From a virus (taxonomy: Duplodnaviria; Caudoviricetes), in IMG/VR virus record IMGVR_UViG_3300017754_002486, positions 1 to 35,670 of that record: DNA of 35,670 bases. One strand, 5' to 3'. A program made the translations under genes and the position numbers. The notes beneath the pieces were generated by a model that was given only the letters and a program-made list of their open reading frames with translations, made no database searches and was not told where the DNA came from. Shown piece after piece: positions 9,563 through 19,105 of the stretch. Each line of letters begins with the position of its first letter. The stretch's first letter is position 1.

Positions 9563-10780
9563 TTAGTTAAGTTGAATTTTTACACCTTTTAAATCTTCAT
9601 TCATTGTTCCATTAGTGGAAATTGCCCATAATACTGGACCTCTGCATTTATCAGGAGCAGGAGCTTCACCATCAGTAAAATATACTAGACAGCTATAATT
9701 CTTATGATGCTCATTATAATAATCGCATACTGGTTCAAAGCTTGTGCCTCCTCTACCATGTATGTGCATATCTTCGTTGATATTGAATTTACCTATGTGA
9801 CTAATAGCAGTATCACATTGTACAACCATAATATCTGTACCTGTTTTATGAATGTGATGTAGCTCATTCATAAACTCCATAAGCTCTTTAGTAGATACTG
9901 ATCCAGAGGTATCTATACCTACTAGAATTCTACGCTTTGGCTTTACTTTGAGTCCTGCAGAATCTTCAAATCTTTGATTCTCTTTTCTTCTTGTTCTCTT
10001 TACAAAGACTTGAGTAGAGCCTCCTATGAATCTGCGTAGGAATCCACGCCAATCAAATTTAGCTTCTTCTATTGCATCAAGTTTCTTAAGAATCTCAGCA
10101 AATTCTCCAGGTACAGTACCTCTAGATTTTTGTACTTGCTCTGCTACTTCTCTAAGAATGTGACCTGTTTGTTGTTCAATCAACTTCTTAGTTGCTTCAG
10201 GAAGTTTATCAAACTCTTCCCAAGTACCATGATCAGGTAGATTTACTTCTACCTTTACATTTCCATTCTTGTCTTTAGATATTTCTATAGTCATTTGACC
10301 CTGACCCATAGCATCCATCATCTGATCTAGATTAGGACAAGTACCAGGATTATTAGCAGCTTGATTAAGCTTTTCATAATAATAGTTAGTACCCTCATTA
10401 GGTTTAAGATTTAACTCCGGAAAAAGATCTAAAGTCATACCACCTTCTGGTAGCATATTTTTATCTATATACTGATTGATTTCCAAATCCATTGCTATGT
10501 TAGCCAACTCCTTATTTGTAAGGTGTTTATAACCAGTCAAATGGAAGAAACCTATATGTAAAAGCTCGTGCTTTAATAATCCTTGTTGATGATTCTCACT
10601 AAGCTTGCCCCAGAATTCCTCACTGATGGTCAACTGATAGTTGATTCCATTAAGACTTACTCCTGCGGTAGGAACTCTATTGTCCCATACCTTATTAAGC
10701 ATGATTAGAAAAAGACCATAGAAAGACTCTTTAAACATTAAGTTCTTAGATGCTTTCGCTAGTGATTCCTGATTTGTCAT
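9563..10780 (-). CDS. metallopeptidase (HExxH) plus vWA domain protein (DUF2201-like), MoxR partner
   Basis: HELLH, NIAMDLEIN; MIDAS DTSGS, GGT, FTDG. Confidence 0.9.
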   Translation of the reverse strand: MTNQESLAKASKNLMFKESFYGLFLIMLNKVWDNRVPTAGVSLNGINYQLTISEEFWGKLSENHQQGLLKHELLHIGFFHLTGYKHLTNKELANIAMDLEINQYIDKNMLPEGGMTLDLFPELNLKPNEGTNYYYEKLNQAANNPGTCPNLDQMMDAMGQGQMTIEISKDKNGNVKVEVNLPDHGTWEEFDKLPEATKKLIEQQTGHILREVAEQVQKSRGTVPGEFAEILKKLDAIEEAKFDWRGFLRRFIGGSTQVFVKRTRRKENQRFEDSAGLKVKPKRRILVGIDTSGSVSTKELMEFMNELHHIHKTGTDIMVVQCDTAISHIGKFNINEDMHIHGRGGTSFEPVCDYYNEHHKNYSCLVYFTDGEAPAPDKCRGPVLWAISTNGTMNEDLKGVKIQLN

Positions 10781-11183
10781 TTTTCTTTAATTTGATTGTG
10801 ATTTGAGTATCTTCAATGAAATCAAATCCTAAATTTTGTATTGTTTCAAACAAGTGACTTGAAAAATCATCTAGAAAAAACTGAATATCTTCTTCAGACT
10901 GATTATTCTTGACAATACCTTTCAGGATTTCTTTGTAGGTAATATGTTTTTCAACATTAATACCTAGCTTTTTAAACTTGTTTGTTGTTTTACTTGCATG
11001 GTTTTTCCAAAAGTCTGATGATATATTGGCCTTCTTCTTTAGAAGAAGAAACATTGTCAAATTACTTTTAAAGTCTAGATTCTCTATAGTAGTTAAACCC
11101 AATACCTTATCTTGTTCAGTATTAGAATTAAGCATTGCAATTAATGACTCGTATTGTTCTTTTGTGATTTTTTCTTTTTTCAT
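10746..11183 (-). CDS. hypothetical helical protein
   Basis: 145-aa ORF; ITKEQYESLIAMLNS motif. Confidence 0.75.
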   Translation of the reverse strand: MKKEKITKEQYESLIAMLNSNTEQDKVLGLTTIENLDFKSNLTMFLLLKKKANISSDFWKNHASKTTNKFKKLGINVEKHITYKEILKGIVKNNQSEEDIQFFLDDFSSHLFETIQNLGFDFIEDTQITIKLKKNDKSGITSESI

Positions 11184-11530
11184 TAGTCTTCAATTTTTAA
11201 AGTTCTGATCATCCAATCCGGTGGATGTGAATCATTTAAGTGATCTATCCATTCTTTAGCTGTAGGTATATAGTTAAAGCAATCTTCCCTGACATGTTGT
11301 TCACCAATATATCTAGTATAGACTCTTTTGTTTTGTGAATTGATAATGTATATTCCAAATATTTTTTCACATTCAAATATACCTTCACTATGGTGTCTAA
11401 ACATTCTGTGTTTAGAATGACCAACCCAAGCTTTAGTTTCATCAAACCACTCATGTAGTTCTATATAATCCTCTTCAGAACCTCCCCACTTTTTTACACT
11501 TGATCTAGCATGATCCCATGGATGTGACAT
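11183..11530 (-). CDS. DUF6915-like His-rich protein
   Basis: HPWDHARSS-KKWGG, HEWFDETK, HRMFRHHSEG, EQHVRED. Confidence 0.7.
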   Translation of the reverse strand: MSHPWDHARSSVKKWGGSEEDYIELHEWFDETKAWVGHSKHRMFRHHSEGIFECEKIFGIYIINSQNKRVYTRYIGEQHVREDCFNYIPTAKEWIDHLNDSHPPDWMIRTLKIED

Positions 11531-11721
11531 TACAAACCTGCTTTCTTAATAAAGTAACTTGCTACTTCAGGAATATGTTTCTTGTAGTAGGGTTGTTCTG
11601 ATTTACACCAATTTTTTACTTCTTCTTTTGTAGAAAATCTTTGATAAGGAAATGTAAGTTCAAGTTCATTTATAAAATCTTGTACTGTCCATCCTTCCCA
11701 TATATGTCTATTATTACCCAT
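11530..11721 (-). CDS. small hypothetical protein
   Basis: 63-aa ORF with 1-nt stop/start overlaps on both sides. Confidence 0.7.
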   Translation of the reverse strand: MGNNRHIWEGWTVQDFINELELTFPYQRFSTKEEVKNWCKSEQPYYKKHIPEVASYFIKKAGL

Positions 11722-12077
11722 TATTCTTCAGATTCAAATTGACCTTCATGGTCAAAGGTTTCATAAGAAGTAGTATTTATATTGTTTTTAATGGTATATT
11801 CTGCAGTAGGTACCTCTATTAGAATTTGTCCCCAACCACCATCATTATTATACCAGTCTTCTACATATTCAAGTTTATTATGAGAAAGTTCTTCAATAAA
11901 CTCTTTAACTGAATTATTACAATAAAACTCTACATCATCACCATTATGATCACGAAACAATACTTCATCTATACCACCACTATCTCCACCACCGCTATAA
12001 TTTACAACAATCTGTTTAATACCGTTATCTTGTAGATATATCATAGCACCTATAAGATTAATTTTTTCTTTTTCCAT
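11721..12077 (-). CDS. DUF6878-like acidic protein
   Basis: YSGGGDSGGID and WYNNDGGWG motifs. Confidence 0.65.
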   Translation of the reverse strand: MEKEKINLIGAMIYLQDNGIKQIVVNYSGGGDSGGIDEVLFRDHNGDDVEFYCNNSVKEFIEELSHNKLEYVEDWYNNDGGWGQILIEVPTAEYTIKNNINTTSYETFDHEGQFESEE

Positions 12078-12079
12078 AC

Positions 12080-12496
12080 TTATTTTTGTTTATAGAATTT
12101 TCCCAGAATATTTGCATTTAGATAGAGATCATTCTCTAATACACCATGGATAAATTGATACTTAACTTCTTGATAAGTAAGTTCTCCTTTAGTATAACAG
12201 ATCCTGAGAATTTTTCTTGAAATCTTTATTCCACTTTTGTGAGCCTCTTTAAGAGTAACATTACTACTATAGTAATCTTCATAGTTAAGTTTATTTACTA
12301 TTTCGTATTTCTTTTTACGCTTATCTGTAGAAAGATTTTTGTTACTAAGCTTTTTCTTTCTACTAGAAAAGAAGCTTTTCTTCCCAATGTAAGAATAGGA
12401 TTTACCTTTAATGATAGCTGTCATTTCATATACAAAGCCTACTGCTCCAGCAGGAATCATATCACGGGTAAACACCACTTGATTGTATATCCACAT
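12080..12496 (-). CDS. Seg-like GIY-YIG nuclease family protein
   Basis: GFVYEM...YIGKK...YYSS...E...YLN. Confidence 0.75.
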   Translation of the reverse strand: MWIYNQVVFTRDMIPAGAVGFVYEMTAIIKGKSYSYIGKKSFFSSRKKKLSNKNLSTDKRKKKYEIVNKLNYEDYYSSNVTLKEAHKSGIKISRKILRICYTKGELTYQEVKYQFIHGVLENDLYLNANILGKFYKQK

Positions 12497-12497
12497 T

Positions 12498-13487
12498 TTA
12501 TTTTGGATTTAGTGTATTAGATAATAAAGGCATGAGGATTTCCCTTACTTTAGTAATACCGTGCTTTTCTACAGAGTCAGAAATATCCTTCTCCATTTCT
12601 AGTTTTACATAAGGTATTTGGTATCTTTCCTCATACTTCTTCATAGCTTTTATACCTGCATCATCATTGTCAAAAAGAGTACAAATGTTTTTATACTTTC
12701 TTTTACAAGCTTCTGTTACATGTTCTGGTATAAGAGTATTCTCACTATCCGGTGCAATTGCTTCTGCATTTTTGAATCCTAGTTTCATAAAGGTCATAAG
12801 ATCTTTAAGAGAACTGCAGATTACCAGATAGTCTTTCTCCATAGTTATTTGATCTATACCCTGGATATAATCTTTTACTTTGATAAACTTATTGTCTTTT
12901 ATCTTAGGCTGATAGATCTTATAAAGGGTGCCATCTTTTCTGAAATAACCATATATATGATAACCGGAAATAGATAGTTCTTTAATTTCACCATCTTCTT
13001 CCTTATTCATTATGTATTGTTCCAGAGGATACACATTATAAAATTCTAAGACATCGCTACCTATGTAATATTTAGACCAATACTTTTGATCCAGATTATT
13101 CCAAGTCCTTGTTTTAAAATCCGTTACCTTATACTTAGAACGCTTTTTGAATTCTTTAATCTCAACCTCTCCATTATTCAGAAGATACTGATTGTAGTCT
13201 TCAATAATTTTGTGGGCAGCCTCACCTCTTGTGCTTAAGTTAAACATAAGCTGAACAAGATTTAATCCATCTCCATGTTTATCTGATGAGAAATCCTTAT
13301 ATCTATAATCATTTTTAGTAGATGAATAATAGACATACATGCTAGGAGTTCTATCCTTATGGTTAAAGACAGACTTGAGTTTTATATCCTGGCCACATAA
13401 TTTTTCAGATAAATTCAAATAGTATTCAAATACCCAGGTCTTAGGTATGTCTTTTAAATCTGATATTAATGCTGTAGTTCTTAGCAT
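12498..13487 (-). CDS. DNA primase (crAss-like, C-terminal Toprim)
   Basis: D-x-x-PS, YKDFS, SSLKD, FDNDDAG, KDISD. Confidence 0.85.
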   Translation of the reverse strand: MLRTTALISDLKDIPKTWVFEYYLNLSEKLCGQDIKLKSVFNHKDRTPSMYVYYSSTKNDYRYKDFSSDKHGDGLNLVQLMFNLSTRGEAAHKIIEDYNQYLLNNGEVEIKEFKKRSKYKVTDFKTRTWNNLDQKYWSKYYIGSDVLEFYNVYPLEQYIMNKEEDGEIKELSISGYHIYGYFRKDGTLYKIYQPKIKDNKFIKVKDYIQGIDQITMEKDYLVICSSLKDLMTFMKLGFKNAEAIAPDSENTLIPEHVTEACKRKYKNICTLFDNDDAGIKAMKKYEERYQIPYVKLEMEKDISDSVEKHGITKVREILMPLLSNTLNPK

Positions 13488-13499
13488 ACAGATAAGAAT

Positions 13500-13527
13500 A
13501 AAAAAGGGGAGACATTACTCTCCCCTT
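13500..13527 (-). terminator. intrinsic terminator
   Basis: minus strand aaggggaga-gtaatg-tctcccctt followed by T run. Confidence 0.75.
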
Positions 13528-13546
13528 CTATTTAAATTAAATGATA

Positions 13547-14221
13547 TTACAATTCAAAGTCTGCAGAAGCAGCAGTAGTGGGACTATTAAATCCAGCAAC
13601 TGGTTCTACTTTCTTTTTCTTGATATGCTCTGCTTCATTGAACTTCATGATCTTACTGTTTTCTTTATCACAAATTTCAAATGGAGCAGCGCCTTTTGCA
13701 TACTTAGGTAGGAACATATCATAGGCTGTATAACCTTCTTTGTTCTGATACTCTTTACCACCAAGACAGAAGTTAAACCAAGTATCTTTAAATGGTTTAT
13801 CTTGATTGAATCCTCTAATGAAATCTTCAATAGTATTATATCTACCATCTGCTTTCTGAAGCCAGTCTGTGCCAATTTCTTTGCAAATGTTAGAGATAAA
13901 CTTAAGGATTTCAGTATCACGGCTAATCTTAATACCTGATTTAGTTTCCCCATCTGCATAAGCCCACTCACCAGATTTTACTCTACCTACCTGACCTTTA
14001 TATCTTCCTAGTTCAGGCTTATCTTTATTGATAAAGAAACCTTCAAACTCTGGTCCTCTATCAGTACCTTCTAGATGCAAGATTACATGATAAGCACCTT
14101 CCTTAAAAGTAAAAGGTTCTAGTGTAATGTCATTAATTTTTGCAACTGTATTGCCTGGTGATAGATTCTTAGGAGTTGACCCTGTCCCTCCTGTAGGGAT
14201 GTTTTTTGTGCTAATACTCAT
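13547..14221 (-). CDS. putative ssDNA-binding / replication protein
   Basis: position after the Sak4-like ATPase, acidic-aromatic C-terminus (ADFEL); function inferred only. Confidence 0.5.
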   Translation of the reverse strand: MSISTKNIPTGGTGSTPKNLSPGNTVAKINDITLEPFTFKEGAYHVILHLEGTDRGPEFEGFFINKDKPELGRYKGQVGRVKSGEWAYADGETKSGIKISRDTEILKFISNICKEIGTDWLQKADGRYNTIEDFIRGFNQDKPFKDTWFNFCLGGKEYQNKEGYTAYDMFLPKYAKGAAPFEICDKENSKIMKFNEAEHIKKKKVEPVAGFNSPTTAASADFEL

Positions 14222-14247
14222 TTTAATTTACATTTTTTTGTTTAAAC

Positions 14248-14463
14248 TTATTTTTCGTACTCGATAATTGCTTTGCGAACATACTCTAAATCATTTGGAA
14301 TTTCAAATGATTCAAACATTCCTTTAGGAGATTTGCAAGTATTCTCTCCATTGTTCTGAGTCTCAAATACATAGCGGATATTACCATCCTTATCTTTCTT
14401 GACTTTACCAAATAAAACAATAGAAAATAAACCTTCAAGAGTAAGAGCAGTGTCGACCATTTT
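14248..14463 (-). CDS. Sak4-like (AAA_24) ATPase, exon 2
   Basis: KTIG|KMVDTALTLEGLFSIVLF...CKSPKGMF; spliced protein 227 aa. Confidence 0.9.
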   Translation of the reverse strand, partial: KMVDTALTLEGLFSIVLFGKVKKDKDGNIRYVFETQNNGENTCKSPKGMFESFEIPNDLEYVRKAIIEYEK

Positions 14464-15410
14464 CATTACTACCTTCTGGTTTCCCAGAGGATTAGACTAT
14501 ATCTTATACTATTTTATAACTCCATTTGAATCCACCGGCTGTTTTACATCTACCTACACAAGCATTTTGTATTGAACCTCTACTTGTATTTGTTTCGATT
14601 GATGCCTCCATTAAAGACTTGTATTCTCCTAACTGTTGATTATCAACAGAATACTTAATAACAGCCTTATGTCTTTTAGCTTTTGATTCTTCAGAGTATT
14701 TTTTACCAAGATTTATTGTTCTTAACTTTTCTTTAGTACTTTCTGAAAGCTTTTTTCCTTTATGAGATTTAGAAATTTTTTCAGCAACTTCTTTTGGTCT
14801 AGGTTTTCCTTTTAATGAATTTGATCTTTTAATTTTAGATTCAATACTCATTATTTGGTTTTGATTTCCATCTCCACCATCGGTCATATTAGTTAATTTA
14901 AATCCCCAAACTTTAAATTGTGCAATCCAGAATTTTTCTAGTTCCTGCCAATTTTCTATTTCTGTTATTTCTAATTCTTCAATTACAGGAAGAGTTTCTT
15001 GTTGTATTAAAGACCATATCCAATTATTTTTATAAGTAATCATTTTTCTTTTTAAACACTCTTGGATATGTTGTGTTAATCTATAGTTTAATGTTCTCTT
15101 GGTTTTTCCTATATATCTGATTTCATCAGTTATAGGATCCCTTAGTGTGTATATTATTGTTTTCATACGATAATATACAAAAACTTTGGGATAAATAAAA
15201 TAGTATCTCACCATTTCCCCTAAAGTTTTAATCTTTAGAGTACTCCCCATCACAGGGATAGTCGTTGAACCTTTATCCATTTTTGGATACTTGGCTGCTG
15301 ATTGTCCAATCTTTACCTCTTTTACTATACTATAGTCATTACTGCTATAGGGAGTGTGTAAAGTTCTAAGGAGTTTCCAGTCAGTTAGATGAGTACAGGC
15401 AAAATTATTT
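14464..15410 (-). mobile_element. group I intron (IA-like) in the Sak4-like ATPase gene, endonuclease ORF in the P8 loop
   Basis: P1 GGU|AAA-UAAU-UUUGCC with U.G; P AACUGACUGGAAA, Q AAUCAGCAGCCAAG, R AAGGUUCAACGACUA, S AAGAUAUAGUCUA; terminal G at 14464; splicing restores the frame. Confidence 0.95.
14504..15166 (-). CDS. intron-encoded GIY-YIG homing endonuclease with NUMOD3/NUMOD1-type repeats
   Basis: IYTLRDP...YIGKT...R...H...E...LTN-x-TDGGDG; basic repeats; AGGFKW; upstream in-frame part of 14504..15415 is ribozyme core. Confidence 0.9.
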   Translation of the reverse strand: MKTIIYTLRDPITDEIRYIGKTKRTLNYRLTQHIQECLKRKMITYKNNWIWSLIQQETLPVIEELEITEIENWQELEKFWIAQFKVWGFKLTNMTDGGDGNQNQIMSIESKIKRSNSLKGKPRPKEVAEKISKSHKGKKLSESTKEKLRTINLGKKYSEESKAKRHKAVIKYSVDNQQLGEYKSLMEASIETNTSRGSIQNACVGRCKTAGGFKWSYKIV

Positions 15411-15878
15411 ACCAATAGTCTTTGCTTTTACTCTACGTTTACCATCCATATCTACTGATTCTTCAGCATGAGTAAGGAAATAGATTGTGAGATCATCTCT
15501 AAGATCTTTAGGCTTCTTTGCTACTGTAGCAAGTCCTGATGCAATCTGAGTAAATTTATCATAGCCTTTCTCTGTGGCTCTGTCAAAATACTCAAATGAA
15601 GACATGTATTGAAAATCATCAATGACAATATTCTTAATGTCTAGTCTAGAGGTATTTACATAATCTAAAGCCTTGATAATACCTTGAGGAGTTGCTGTGT
15701 TGCTAAGATTACCATTAGAGTTCTCTTTACTTACAAGAGCATACTTGCTTTTCCAACCTTTAAAAGGAAGAGGCTTGTTAGCAATGTTAATAATAAAGGT
15801 TTCTTTTGGATTGAGATTCTCAATACTTGTGGATTTACCACTACCTGATTCAGCAATTACTAAAACGCTCTGTGCCAT
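15411..15878 (-). CDS. Sak4-like (AAA_24) ATPase, exon 1
   Basis: Walker A AESGSGKST, KPLPF, Walker B IVIDD, LTH. Confidence 0.9.
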
Positions 15879-16423
15879 TATTTATCTTGTATTAGTTTGT
15901 TTAACCATTGTTTATTACTTACTGGTTTCTTCAACAAGATGGCTGCTAAATCTCTTATAGTAAGAGCTTCAAATGGAGCATCTGTATCTGGATCCATTAA
16001 TTCAAAATCAATTCCTGTAGTCTTTATCTTACCTTTTTCTTCTACTTTAGGTAGATTTTTTTGAACTTTAATAAGCTCTGCTACAGGAACAAGATATCTA
16101 AATGAACCTGATGGGCCTGGATCTGTTTTCTCATACTCTTCTTCCCAATGAGAATTATATCTCCACATATAGAGATTTCTTTCAGGATCTTCGATCTCAA
16201 GATTTTTACCGGTAAACTCGACATAAATATCTTCTCCTCCTCTTAATTCATTAGGAAAGAATCCTACGAACAATTCATCTTTTCCTGGAGGCCTATATGC
16301 CAACTTTCCAATATACTTAGCGCTGCTAATACCATTAGCATCAAAGAATTCTTGATGAGCTTTCCTAAGCTCTGCAGTCCTTGTTCTGCGGTCTTCTGGT
16401 TTTTCTACTTTTGTTTCTAACAT
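15878..16423 (-). CDS. hypothetical protein
   Basis: 181-aa ORF coupled between helicase and ATPase genes. Confidence 0.8.
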   Translation of the reverse strand: MLETKVEKPEDRRTRTAELRKAHQEFFDANGISSAKYIGKLAYRPPGKDELFVGFFPNELRGGEDIYVEFTGKNLEIEDPERNLYMWRYNSHWEEEYEKTDPGPSGSFRYLVPVAELIKVQKNLPKVEEKGKIKTTGIDFELMDPDTDAPFEALTIRDLAAILLKKPVSNKQWLNKLIQDK

Positions 16424-16427
16424 ATCA

Positions 16428-17411
16428 CTATATTTTTACTCTTCTTTCTTGTTGAGGAGGAGTCTCCATCTCAACAATAGTCATTCTATGAAACTCAGCT
16501 CTAAAGAAACTCATTCTAACATCACCATTTCTACATTTAAGAAAGTGTAACACAAGAACTTTGTCATCTTCAATTACATATCTATCTGGTCCATAGTATT
16601 TAATCTTTTGTTTACCCGGCCTATTTAATCCAATAAGCATATCAGCGTGTTGTAACAAAGCATCTGCTCCAAATATATCAGACTCAAGTATGTAATTACC
16701 ATACTTACCATCTTCATTTCTGTCTGGATTATCAATATTTCTGTTTAGCTGACTTAAGATTATGAATATAATAGGGTATTGACGCTTTAGGGCTGTAATA
16801 GCTTCTCCCAAGTTGTTTAACATGTCATTCTTATCCTTTTCAAAGGAAGCCTTCTTAAGAAGCAATGAGTGATCAAGAGTTATAACGGTTTTTGTATATA
16901 CACCATTAATCATGTGCTCTTCCATATAATTATGGATGATTTCTTTAAACTCATTGACTGTTATAGGGGTCTCTACAATATCAATAGGATACTTTACTCT
17001 TTCTTTTGCATGCTCATAACAAATCTTTAAATCGTCATCAGATAACTTACCCTCAGCACTACATAAATACTTATAAGACTTAGATAATACACTCGCATAT
17101 TCACGAATAGCTGAAGTTCTAGCTAACATTTCAAGTTGAAACTCAAGAACTCTGAAGTTTTCTCCAAGATTAAGTTTAAAGCCTTCTCTTATTATCTGAT
17201 CTTTAATCAATGTTTTACCAGCACCTGGCCTTCCACCAATAACAATAGTAGAATGCCACTCTAAACCATCAGTACCAGCATCATTAAATTTAGGCCAAGG
17301 AGTTTTATAGCTTTTAATTGCACCTTGTTGTCTACCTTTTAGATAATGTAATGATTCAGTAAATCCCGCTTTTTGACTTTTCCAAGGTTTAAACTTAGAT
17401 TCTTTTGTCAT
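16428..17411 (-). CDS. dnaB: DnaB-like replicative helicase (ATPase domain)
   Basis: GGRPGAGKT, FQLEM, LDH, LSQLNR, LKCRNG. Confidence 0.92.
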   Translation of the reverse strand: MTKESKFKPWKSQKAGFTESLHYLKGRQQGAIKSYKTPWPKFNDAGTDGLEWHSTIVIGGRPGAGKTLIKDQIIREGFKLNLGENFRVLEFQLEMLARTSAIREYASVLSKSYKYLCSAEGKLSDDDLKICYEHAKERVKYPIDIVETPITVNEFKEIIHNYMEEHMINGVYTKTVITLDHSLLLKKASFEKDKNDMLNNLGEAITALKRQYPIIFIILSQLNRNIDNPDRNEDGKYGNYILESDIFGADALLQHADMLIGLNRPGKQKIKYYGPDRYVIEDDKVLVLHFLKCRNGDVRMSFFRAEFHRMTIVEMETPPQQERRVKI

Positions 17412-18028
17412 ACTACATTATCTTTAAAATGATCACTACTGTTATCAAAGTCTCCGGATTCAATCATACTGCAATAATCAGCTAATTCAGAGGATTTGGT
17501 TTTGTCTGATTCAGTTTTGCAGATAAAGTATTGAGCTGTACGCATATATAGAAAGTTCTTTTTCTCAAACTCATCTATATAATATGCTGTAGTCTTTAAA
17601 ATTGTATCCCAAGTATACGAATAATTTTCAAAAAACCAACGAAAATTTTGCTCTAAAATTTTATCATTTGATCTAGCTGGTTTACCACTTGGTAGCTTAC
17701 CTTTTGGAAACAACTCTTGATACTTTTTTATATTGTCTTTAAAGTCAACACCCATTGTAATCATAGATGTTTTCTTCTTCTGAACATTAAAGTAGCTATC
17801 TACCTTTTCTAAAATAGTATAAGATTTAGGAGCTAAAATATACTTTTCATCTTTTTCTATTAACCATTCTAAATGGGTTAAAGCTCTTATTTCCTGGTGA
17901 AGATTAATATGAATTGTAGTAATGTTATTCTTCATACAATCTAAAAGATAAATCTGATTAGGAGTTAAACCTTCTTTCAATACTAAATTAAACAGGCTGT
18001 TTACCCCTGATATATTCTTTGATACCAT
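17408..18028 (-). CDS. hypothetical replication protein (possible wHTH / helicase loader)
   Basis: 206-aa ORF overlapping the dnaB start; function inferred from position. Confidence 0.55.
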   Translation of the reverse strand: MVSKNISGVNSLFNLVLKEGLTPNQIYLLDCMKNNITTIHINLHQEIRALTHLEWLIEKDEKYILAPKSYTILEKVDSYFNVQKKKTSMITMGVDFKDNIKKYQELFPKGKLPSGKPARSNDKILEQNFRWFFENYSYTWDTILKTTAYYIDEFEKKNFLYMRTAQYFICKTESDKTKSSELADYCSMIESGDFDNSSDHFKDNVV

Positions 18029-18431
18029 CGTCTACTTTTTTAAAGGCTATTACTGTTTTCTTATCATTTGTTTCAAGTAATGAACTTATGTTTTTTCTTG
18101 AATGAATAACTGTAGCATGATCAAAGTTTAAGTGTCTACCTATGTGTGTAATTGAATACCCCATTTTGCATGCTATATACATAAACAATTGTCTATAGAT
18201 TACTACATGGGTAGTTCGTATTCTATTCTTAATACCCTCCGGGTAAAGATTTATATCTACAAATTTGTTACAGACCTCCTCAAGTTCATGAAGTTCTAGT
18301 GGGCCTTTTATTTTGGGTGCAAAGTTGTAAATTACTATAGCATGAACCCCATATTTTTTGGAAAGCCTTGATTTAAAGCTTCTTACGTAATCTAGTATTT
18401 TATTTCTTCTTTTCTTTTCTTCTGGAGACAT
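17988..18431 (-). CDS. DnaA C-terminal-like DNA-binding (HTH) domain protein
   Basis: RQLFMYI...SITHIGRHLNFDHATVIHS. Confidence 0.8.
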   Translation of the reverse strand: MSPEEKKRRNKILDYVRSFKSRLSKKYGVHAIVIYNFAPKIKGPLELHELEEVCNKFVDINLYPEGIKNRIRTTHVVIYRQLFMYIACKMGYSITHIGRHLNFDHATVIHSRKNISSLLETNDKKTVIAFKKVDDGIKEYIRGKQPV

Positions 18432-18462
18432 ATTGATATATTTACTATTTTTAACATCTATT

Positions 18463-18783
18463 ATGAATACTAAGGACTACTTTATACTCATCAGTTTTCT
18501 CATAGGATTAATCTTAATACTTAAGTTAACTATGGCGCCTGTTACTAAACCTACTACTATAGTAGACGTGAAGACATACAAGGATAGCATTGCTAAGCTT
18601 GATTCACAAATTACTTCTCAGATGAGAAGAATTTCTACTTATGAGAAAGTTATAGATAGTCTTAATTCTTTGCCTGCTAAAATTAAAATCAAATATCGTG
18701 ATCAAAAAGCTTTTGTTCCTTCTGCCACTATTCTTCAGCTCGACAGTATTATTCGCACAAATGCAGGACTCCAACAAAGATAG
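18463..18783 (+). CDS. membrane-anchored coiled-coil protein (possible spanin component)
   Basis: N-terminal hydrophobic helix then coiled coil; ATG at 18463 chosen within ORF 18433..18783. Confidence 0.55.
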   Translation: MNTKDYFILISFLIGLILILKLTMAPVTKPTTIVDVKTYKDSIAKLDSQITSQMRRISTYEKVIDSLNSLPAKIKIKYRDQKAFVPSATILQLDSIIRTNAGLQQR

Positions 18784-19105
18784 CACAATATCCTATAATC
18801 AGGAAGAGCTTAGAATAATTTCTATTAAGCTTATTTCTGGTAATGAGTGTGATACTATGTTGAAGATTTCTGAAAAGCTTGGACAATACAAAGACAGTGT
18901 TATAGTTACTCAAGATAATATTATAGCCAAACAAGAATTACAACTTGCTATGTATGATACTGTTGTAACAAAACAAGCTGGTAACATAGAATATCTTGGT
19001 GAAGCACTAGATGATTCTCAAAATAAACTAAGACTTACAACATGGGCTTTGTATGGAAGCGCTGCAGCATTTGTAGGTAGTTTATTATACATTATTATTC
19101 ATTAG
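18698..19105 (+). CDS. signal-peptide protein with C-terminal TM helix (possible spanin component)
   Basis: MIKKLLFLLPLFFSSTVLFAQ signal, coiled coil, C-terminal hydrophobic helix; overlaps the previous gene by 86 nt. Confidence 0.55.
   Translation: MIKKLLFLLPLFFSSTVLFAQMQDSNKDSTISYNQEELRIISIKLISGNECDTMLKISEKLGQYKDSVIVTQDNIIAKQELQLAMYDTVVTKQAGNIEYLGEALDDSQNKLRLTTWALYGSAAAFVGSLLYIIIH

Noticed and set aside
15167-15415. N-terminal 83 codons of ORF 14504..15415
   Set aside because: They overlap the intron catalytic core; the GIY-YIG domain begins at the ATG at 15166
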